Shown here: piece after piece, positions 55,996-64,000 of the stretch
Position numbering within the stretch: the stretch's first letter is position 1
How the letters are laid out: each line of letters begins with the position of its first letter
Origin: Naegleria gruberi
Taxonomy: Eukaryota
Reading direction: 5' to 3' (one strand)
Assembly (NCBI GenBank): GCA_000004985.1
Contig: GG738876.1
Length of the DNA stretch: 64,000 bases
Made by a program: the position numbers and the translations under genes
The notes under the pieces: model-generated
Seen by the model: the letters and a program-made list of their open reading frames with translations, nothing else
What the model was told of the DNA's origin: nothing
Database searches by the model: none

Positions 55996-58900
55996 ATGAG
56001 AATTGTTACTCAAAAGCAAAGAAGATGGGGTAAACAAACTTCCCATCAACTACAGTCATTGTTAAAAACAGCACTCGTGGTGATAACACTGTTAGTATTG
56101 ACCCTTCAAAACTTATTCGAAACTGTACAGGGTGAACAACAAGTTTCCTTCACATTAGATTCTAACAAACTCATCTGTTCGGATTCTTCAAGCTACAACA
56201 GCACAATCTTTTTAAATTCATGCCAAGAAGTGCTTGGTTCAGCCTTCACTAGTAAATTATCCAGCACAACCATTGACAATCCTTCGTCCTATTCTTCCCT
56301 AGTGAGTTGTTACTTTAATTCGGATAAAAAACTTGTGGCAGAGCTTGGCTATGGCTATGAAATTCAAGATATTTTCAAAGGAGAAACTTACTACGATGCC
56401 TTTGGAAGGAAAATAGCGATTATCATCGTTTCACAATTGAAATGTAGTTTTCAAATTTCAAAGCTACAGTACATGTACTTGATTAATGTAGTAGATTGTG
56501 GAAGTAATGTTGCCAAAATTACCTACTCTCTCACTCACGCAAATGCTGATTTACCCAAATATTCAACATTTTCACATCCAATGATGGCTATTCCCTTTTC
56601 AAATAATTATATTAACAATGGTAGACCGGATGTTACTTTTAATCTTGCTACCCAAGCACTCACATATAGTACTTCAAAAGCAAGTGACCAAACCTCAGTT
56701 ACTACTGGTGGTGTTATTGAGTATGGAACTACTACTTTGGTTGGAAATCAAGGATATACACAATTTTTTCTGAATGAAAGCTCAATTGACTCATACACAA
56801 CAACATTTGAACAACCTACTCCTAAAACATTGTATAATTATCTATTAATCAAACAGAATAGAGATGTTGTGGATGTAACAACCTTTGCATCTGGGTATAA
56901 TTACAAATTCTCCTCATCATCAGGTTATTCGAAAACAATATATACTTCATTTTCATACAAGTCAGATTGTTACTACTTGTCAGGAGGTGATAAAACTCAT
57001 CACAAAACACAGGATTTAACAATTAGTATACAGTCAACTGATTTGGAAAGATGTCCATTATATGCTTTACAATACATTTTTGATGGGAATGCTAAAACTA
57101 AAACGAGTAGCACGACATATGCTGCATCTTCACTAACAGATGGTTCAGAAAAGACTGTTACAGTAACTTTGGTTCAACCAACTGGTGGATACGTTGGTGC
57201 GTTCAGAACAACTGTGAGAATTGGAATTTTCCCTGCCATGATGAGACCAGTTTATTTCCCTATTGCACAAACAACTGGACAAAAGCTAACACTTCAATCC
57301 ATTATCGACATTCCTAATCTCACGACCTCTTTAATTTCATGTCAATTGATTGTTGCAACAGGAACTAATGAATATACTTCAAATTCAATTACCTATGATT
57401 ATACTCCAAATTCAATTCAAGTTCAAAATTACAAAACCTATTCGATTATATCGGTTTCAATTACTGTTGGAAATCCTGGAACTTCTTACAAGATTAGAGT
57501 CAATTATAATGGAGATACAAAACATTACAATGATTTCCAAATTTCTCCACAATCAAAACCAAACCTATTGGGTATTTGTAAAGTATCCACAGTTGAATCG
57601 AACCCAATAGCCTACGAGACATTTTTTGGTATTTATTGTGAAAATTATGCAGATTTTGACTTTAGATCAATGAAAATTCAAGTATTGAACGATCAATCAC
57701 AATCAATTTTGACCTTATCCAATACCAAGTACACTCGTATTTTTGCGAGATTACCAAAATCAGCAACAGGTAAATCAAATACTGTCTTGTTTACATTGAC
57801 AGATAGCACAGGAGCTGTATTTGAGTTTAAGGATACCTATAAAGCTTCCATGTGGAGCGACACTAATTTGATTAGTACAGTAGATTTCTACATCAAGTCC
57901 AAGCAAGTGAGAAACTATCAAACAGCCAATAATATTGCAATTTTGTTGGACATTCTTGCAGATTATTGTAAGAGGAATACATTATCTTCTTCTGAGATGG
58001 TTACTGTGAAGGGAATTGTTCGTTATGCCATAAATGAAACATTTAACATTAGAGATACTTTCCATCCTAATGTTTATCCTGAGGCTACTGAATTATTGTT
58101 TGGATTATTTAGAGAATCAACTAATTTGGCGAATTATCTAGGATTTTCAGAGTTTAATGACAAATTGAAGGAAATTCTCTCATTTATGACAAGTTATGTA
58201 AGAAAATCATCCTTTTCCAGCACTGATTATAATTTCTTGATAGATTACATGTCAAGACTTGTGGATAATGGAAATCAAACAACTACTGATCCATCTGCTG
58301 TTTCAACTTTGAAGAAAAACATTGATGGATTGACTAATATCGCCAGCAAGAATTCTCCATTCAAGAGTGATTATTTTTCATATCAATCTCAGACCTTCTA
58401 CTCATCAGATGAAATTGCTTCAAATCAAGTGAATTTGGAAAATAGTTGGGTTAGAGTGTTGTTTGGATCTGAGGTGGCCAATTTGGTAAAATCTCAATCA
58501 CAATACGATTTGGAAACAAGTTTATACAAGAAGTATATTGTGGAAAATAATGTTACACTCCCAGTTATTGCCTCTATCAGTTTGAAGAGACAAGATAGCT
58601 CTGTGGTTAATGTTACTGGATTACAGACACCAGTATTAATATATTTCAACATGGATCTAATTAATTCAACAATGGCAAATCAATATAGAAACTATCAATC
58701 GAGAATTTCATGTTATTACTTGAATGAGTTGACAAGCAAGTGGGCCAATGATGGTCTAACAACAGAGATTATCACTGAAAATGGTCAAACTGTTGTCAAG
58801 TGTTCTTCCACTCACCTTACTTCATTCACAATATTCTCAGACTTGTTCAATACTACAGGTAGTAACACAAATACCCCATCAACAGATAGAAATGGACTAG

Positions 58901-60032
58901 ATGTTGGGGCAAGGGTAGCCATTGGCGTTTCAATTTCAGTATTCTTCCTCATTTTGATAATTGTGATTGTAATTATTATCATTGTAATTATATGTTGTCG
59001 TGTGAAAAAAGGCAAAAATAGTCAGAGCAATGTTTCTGATTCTGTCCAGGAAACCAATCCAATCACCAAGAGTTATGTAGAATTGAATCCAGTCTCCAAC
59101 TCTGATTCTGGTCCATCATTGTTTATTAGTGATTACAAGTCAGTGAGAGAGCCTTCATCCTCGAAACAATACGATACTACCAGTGGAAGTTCATTTACCT
59201 CAGAGCCAACCAGCTCACTCATGACTTCAACAAGTGGAAACTCTGTTATTGGAAAGAAGTATGAAATTTTGGAAAAGATTGGCCAAGGAGCATTCGGGGC
59301 TGTATTTAGAGCTAAAAATCTAGCCTATACTGGAAGATCTGGAGAATATCAATATGTTGCCATTAAAAAGATTCAGCTTTCTGGCCTCTCTGAAATGAAT
59401 GACAAATTCAAAGAGGCGGTCAACATGTTCAAGATTAGAAATGAGCATTTAGTTTGTTTGGAGGATGCTGTGGTGGACGAAACGACCATGTCACTCTACT
59501 TGGTCATGCAATATTATTCTCAAGGAGATTTGGACAAGTTTATCAAAAGCAAGCAACTCTTATCTGAGAGCATTCTGAAACAAATTATTGAACAAGTATG
59601 TGAAGGATTGAAATATTTGGAAGAGGAACGTAACATGCTCCACAGAGATATCAAACCTTCCAATATTTTCCTATCCAGCTATGATGGAAACAATATCAAG
59701 ACAGTGCTCAGTGATTTTGGATTGGCTAAGGAAAATAACATGATGTCAAGTGTTTCATTCGCTGGAACTCCATACTACATGTCTCCACAGGCCTTAATTG
59801 GAACCAAGTATAGCTTTAATGCAGATATCTTTAGTTTGGGATGTACCATTTTCATTCTCATCACTCATGACATGTCTCAATCCATAGCTCAATTATATTT
59901 CCAACATCAGGGCAATTTCTCTGAGGTTTATTCCTTCATTACCAACTCTATCCGTCAACATTCGAATGAACAATTCCAATACAGTGATGAATTCGTTCAG
60001 CTCTTATTTGCATTGATGGAATTTGATCCCAA
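55996..60032 (+). CDS. Single-pass receptor Ser/Thr protein kinase with a large extracellular domain ending in a GPS/GAIN autoproteolysis motif. The 3' end is truncated by an assembly gap.
   Basis: A signal or anchor sequence is present. The extracellular region of about 950 aa is followed by CYYLNELTSKWANDGLTTEIITENGQTVVKCSSTHLTSFTIF, which matches the GPS consensus C..W....G......C.C.HLT.F. The TM is VAIGVSISVFFLILIIVIVIIIIVIICC. The kinase domain has GQGAFGAVFRAK, VAIKKI, HRDIKPSNIFL, DFGLAK and GTPYYMSPQ. Confidence 0.65.
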
Positions 60033-60181
60033 NNNNNNNNNNNNNNNNNNNNNNNNNNNNNNNNNNNNNNNNNNNNNNNNNNNNNNNNNNNNNNNNNNNN
60101 NNNNNNNNNNNNNNNNNNNNNNNNNNNNNNNNNNNNNNNNNNNNNNNNNNNNNNNNNNNNNNNNNNNNNNNNNNNNNNNNN
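60033..60181. other. Assembly gap (149 N)
   Basis: A run of N is present in the sequence. Confidence 0.99.
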
Positions 60182-61545
60182 TAACAATGTTGTGGATTGA
60201 AAAGGTTGGTGCAGTTGGAGGACAACTTGTTGCTGGATTTCAACCCGAATGTATGATTTGCAGAGAAACAATCAACAATGGAGAGGTTTGTATTGGCATG
60301 AGGAAGGTTCATGATTTGGCTATTCACTTTCCCTATCATCCGAGAAGATTTCTCGAAGAAGAGGAAAGGCTTCGTTCCGATGATCATCCATTCAATGAAA
60401 ATTATTTTGATGATTGCAAACAGGACAATGATTATGTACATACTGATTGTTATCCGTACCAATTGGTGAGGCCGTATGCTTGTATGTTTGATGATTCATC
60501 ATCGAATGCTTCTCATGCAGAACAAAAGCAAATTCATAAGTTGATTTCTGATTGGCAATATGGCTATAGAACATTGAATGCCAAGACAAAGAAGAGAAAA
60601 GCAGATAATGGTGATGAAAGTGAGAAGAAAACAAAGACTTCAAAGAGTACTGCAACAAAAAGGAAGAGAAAGACAAAGAAGGAATCAACAGACAGTGCAT
60701 CATCATCAACTAGTACCCCTGGAGGAAGTAGTAGTGGTACTACTGATTACAGTTGGATGAATGCTATTGATTGCACTAATGTGGATTCACCTTACTTGTT
60801 TGGACTCTCAGATGATGCTTGGTATGAAATTCTATCCTATCTACCTCATTATTCAATTGTGAAGGCCTCACAATCATGTAAGGCATTGTACCTTTATTCG
60901 AATAGGAGTATTCTTTGGGAGAATTTGGCAAGCAAAACTATTTGTCCTAATGCAAAACAAGTCCAACAGGAATACTTTCCAACTCTTACTGATGACTTTA
61001 AAAAGGTTTTCAGATTATTGTACAATAATTGTTGTGTAATTTGTGGAGATTATATCAGAAAAGGTGAAGACCTAGATAATAGAAAGAGTTTGTACAGATC
61101 AAAAGGTGGTATTATTGTAGAATCTAATCCATTTTATTATAATTTTATGATTGATCAGTGTCATTGCTCAACATGTTCAGAATCACCACTCATCAATACC
61201 TTTACAAGAACAAATGCCAAGACGCTTTATAGGGTTACAGATACTGAACTAGGGTGTACTAGAAATTTTGCAAAGCCTAACCCTTATTCTCCATCTGTTG
61301 CTATGGGAATATTCCTAGAGTTACAAGTTAAAATATTTCATTTACAGAAAGTGGAAGAAGAATTGAGGAAAAATTTCAAAAAATCAAAAACACATCCAAA
61401 ATCAGATTATTTAAAAATTATTGACAAGGCAAAACGAGGAGATTATGGAAAGGATTGTAAATTATATATTTTCTTAAATGATTCGAATAAGAAGATTTGT
61501 AAAGATAAGGCTATTTATACTTATATTGATGAATTGAGTCCATAA
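60182..61545 (+). CDS. Cys-rich F-box-like protein. It is either the C-terminal part of the kinase gene or, more likely, a separate gene whose 5' end is lost in the gap.
   Basis: An F-box-like motif is present (DAWYEILSYLPHYSIVKASQSCKALYLYSNRSILWENL). Cys/His clusters are present (CMICRETINNGEVC, CCVICGDY, CHCSTCSES). Frame continuity with the kinase across the N run is not informative. Confidence 0.35.
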
Positions 61546-61582
61546 GTCAAAAAAAAGATTTGAGATTCTATCATGGTATTTA

Positions 61583-62761
61583 TTAAATATTTACAACAAT
61601 TTTTCCAACAGTTTTCTTTGATTTCATCATTTGCATTGCTTGTGTCGCTTCATCCAATTGGAAAACATTTAAATTCATCAAGCTGAAATTATTATCAGGT
61701 GTCAAAATGTTATGCATAAGGAAGGCAAATTCCTTTGGCTTTTTACCAAAGAAATTAACTAGACCATATTTAGGCGAACCTTTTGAGATTAAGGCAGAAC
61801 AAATGGTTGTTATCATATAATAAGCAGTGGAACAAATGGTTGAAAAATTGAGGGCAGCAGCACCTGGTGGAACTAGACAAGCATACACTACTTGATCCTC
61901 TGCTTTTCTACAATCCAAATGTTGCTTGACATCATCATAGAAATAGTAACCTCCAACACAATCTATAACCATATCGACATACTCTTCACCAAAGTCTCTT
62001 CTCAATACTTGGCAGACACTTGGTAACCCAGAAGTACTCGATGAGTGATATTCATTATTTCCATCCTTTGCACTTGTTTTGGTATAGTCAATTATTTCAT
62101 CAGCTCCCAAAGATTTAACATATTCAATATTCTTTTCTGAACACACAGCATAAATTGTCAAATCCAAAATCCTTTTCAAGAATTTACTGGCCATCAATAC
62201 AGCCATACTTCCGCAACCACCAGCTGCTCCAATAATCAACAATTTGAATTGTTTCTTTGGCTTTTCACTTGAATTAAGCAATTCTGGCTTTTCCATACAT
62301 TCCTTAATCAGAGCATCAATCTTTGGATGATGTGTATAGGCAGTAAATATAGTTCCACCAATTGTAGGAAATGCAGCAGCTTGCAAATCAGTCATTTCCT
62401 TTGGTTTCAAAATCAAATCATCCTCCTCAAATTTACAAAACTCTGCCAAGGTTCCAGTTTTGGCACCAGGTAATGAACCAACCACTTCATCACCAACTTG
62501 AAATTTCGTCACCAATGAACCAACCTTTTCAACAATTCCACTTCCGTCCAATCCCAAAATTAATGGAAACTCCTTCGGAAAGAGCAATTTTACAGCTCCA
62601 CTCGACATGTGGCCATCACCAGCATTCAAACTAGCAGCCTTGATCCTAACTAACACTTCCCTCTCCTTCAAATCTTGATCATTCAATTCAAAATCATTTC
62701 TTGATACAAATTCAGGTGATTCGGAATAACCTTCCAAAATTTGAGCTCTCATCTTGGTCAT
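61583..62761 (-). CDS. MDR-superfamily NAD(P)-dependent oxidoreductase, paralog of 31441-32610
   Basis: Motifs are shared with the paralog: LIIGAAGGCGSMAVLMASKF, IDYTKTSA and VIDCVGGYYFYDDV, compared with MDCVGGYYYYDDL in the other copy. Confidence 0.6.
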   Translation of the reverse strand: MTKMRAQILEGYSESPEFVSRNDFELNDQDLKEREVLVRIKAASLNAGDGHMSSGAVKLLFPKEFPLILGLDGSGIVEKVGSLVTKFQVGDEVVGSLPGAKTGTLAEFCKFEEDDLILKPKEMTDLQAAAFPTIGGTIFTAYTHHPKIDALIKECMEKPELLNSSEKPKKQFKLLIIGAAGGCGSMAVLMASKFLKRILDLTIYAVCSEKNIEYVKSLGADEIIDYTKTSAKDGNNEYHSSSTSGLPSVCQVLRRDFGEEYVDMVIDCVGGYYFYDDVKQHLDCRKAEDQVVYACLVPPGAAALNFSTICSTAYYMITTICSALISKGSPKYGLVNFFGKKPKEFAFLMHNILTPDNNFSLMNLNVFQLDEATQAMQMMKSKKTVGKIVVNI

Positions 62762-63649
62762 TTTGTTATTTCAACTAAAATATTATTATATTGTTATTAT
62801 TATGTACTATTGCTTTAGGGACAAAATCTAATGATCAAGTAAAACTTGTTATTTGATGTTTGCGTATTTTTTTTTCTTACTTTTGAATGAAATATTCATC
62901 AGCGCACTATTTAAGGTTTTTGGCGGGAAATAATTGTCCTGCATTAAATGAAACACGTGTTTCACATAAATTCAATCAATTGATACTTGACTAATTGGAA
63001 AGTGAGATGTGAATGAGAAAGAATGTGGAAGAAACACGTAAACCACATCAAAAAACATGTGTTTCTTCTATTTGGTTTTTCACTGGGATGTAAATTTGAA
63101 ATTGATTACAAAAATAAATTACAAAATTGTTGTAAGTTTCAATTTTTGAGCATGTATTAATTTTATAAACCACAATTTGCTATTCATTCCAATAGAGATC
63201 AATTCTACTACCTCGAAAACTATGATTATTTAATTGGGAATTACATTAGTTTCTTATAAAAAGATGCTTAGACCTAATTGTCAACCTTTCTGTCGTTTGT
63301 GAGCACAATCGTGTTCAACAAAGATGGCTGGGTTTCAATTAAGGTAATGTGGTGGTGTGAAATGTTGTCATGCCGATTGATGAACTGCTGTAATTCTTTT
63401 AACTGTTTGCTGAATTTTAATGTTTTTTACTGAAACACTATTAAAGTTGATTTCTCTAATTCTGAGCAGGTTGAAACAGCATCTTCTTGTGAAGAAACAT
63501 TGGAACAAAGTTAAAGGAAATGGATCGAATGTAACTACATTTTTTTGCTTAAGTAATATTCTAAACAGAAACCTTTCCCTTATTTCCTTTCTTGTAAATT
63601 TTTTGAAAACATTAATTTTATTTACAATTTGATAATTCATTGTAATAAT

Positions 63650-63991
63650 TCAATGCGACATTACTTCTTCATGATGCTCTTCAACAGTGTGATGTTGGTG
63701 AATATTCTTTGCCAAATAAAACCAAACAATAAATAGGCAGAAAATCAACCAAGAAAATACAAACATTACCAAACATAGTAATTGTGGTGTTAAAATTCCA
63801 AAAATATCATACAAGAAAGGAGAAGGAATCAAAACACCAATGGCTTGACCTATTCCATATCCAAAACAAATATCAAAAGCTGTAATTCTTCCCAAATAAT
63901 GATTAGGTGTCAAATGTTCGATTGATGACATGGAATAAACCCACATGACACCTCCTGCTGATCCAATAAAGAATTCAGCAATAATAAACAT
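63650..63991 (-). CDS. C-terminal fragment of an MFS-like transporter, paralog of 46452-48209. The gene continues beyond the window end.
   Basis: GSAGGVMWVYSMSSIEHLTPNHYLGRITAFDICFGYGIGQAIGVLIPSP is nearly identical to the C-terminus of the 46452-48209 protein. Confidence 0.5.
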   Translation of the reverse strand: MFIIAEFFIGSAGGVMWVYSMSSIEHLTPNHYLGRITAFDICFGYGIGQAIGVLIPSPFLYDIFGILTPQLLCLVMFVFSWLIFCLFIVWFYLAKNIHQHHTVEEHHEEVMSH

Positions 63992-64000
63992 ACTGGCATG

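Noticed and set aside
63368-63640. Small overlapping ORFs of 90 aa and 70 aa in the intergenic region before the transporter fragment
   Set aside because: They are short, oppose each other, have no motifs, and sit in an AT-rich spacer.
1-64000. Prokaryotic interpretation (operons, defence systems, CRISPR)
   Set aside because: Multiple genes need GT-AG spliceosomal introns to restore conserved motifs. The tRNAs have eukaryotic-type features and lack an encoded CCA. Eukaryote-specific families are present (G-alpha, RGS, F-box, Zn2Cys6, PP2C). No direct-repeat/spacer arrays were seen.

Overview
This window is AT-rich (about 30-35% GC), gene-dense eukaryotic nuclear DNA. It is not prokaryotic. 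Coding uses the standard genetic code and is interrupted by short spliceosomal GT-AG introns of roughly 40-110 nt, with GTAAGT, GTATGT and GTGAGT donors. Two typical eukaryotic tRNA genes are present, one Lys-UUU and one Ala-AGC. There are many N/Q/S-rich low-complexity proteins. There are two tandem Gal4-type Zn(II)2Cys6 transcription factors. Their presence hints at a fungus, perhaps an early-diverging lineage, although an amoebozoan source cannot be excluded from sequence alone. Two runs of N at 9738-9787 and 60033-60181 are assembly gaps.

The gene content is as follows.
- A divergent G-alpha-like GTPase (139-1590) lies tail-to-tail with a two-TM sensor-like RGS-domain protein (1614-3056).
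- A protein at 3981-4970 carries RNA-Pol-II-CTD-like YSPTSPS heptads.
- At least seven F-box proteins are present, most with RNI-type LRRs. One of them (9992-11323) is polytopic membrane-embedded.
- A WH2 actin-binding protein and a secreted multi-exon hydrolase-like protein are present.
- Further genes are an FkbM-family membrane methyltransferase, a PP2C phosphatase, and an adenylate kinase with a 4-Cys zinc LID and an N-terminal presequence.
- Two paralog pairs occur, MDR-superfamily oxidoreductase and MFS-like transporter.
- A purple-acid-phosphatase-like metallophosphoesterase (48916-51339) is fused to an N-terminal polytopic membrane domain.
- A cytochrome P450 gene (51507-53372) contains two near-identical 47-nt introns, an introner-like element, each next to a micro-exon. 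It also has a probable 4-nt frameshift.
- A large single-pass receptor Ser/Thr kinase (55996-60032) has an extracellular GPS/GAIN autoproteolysis motif.

The most notable signals are the GPS-domain receptor kinase, the duplicated mobile-looking intron with micro-exons, and the G-alpha/RGS convergent pair. Many antisense ORFs in the six-frame track lie in low-complexity regions and are not real.
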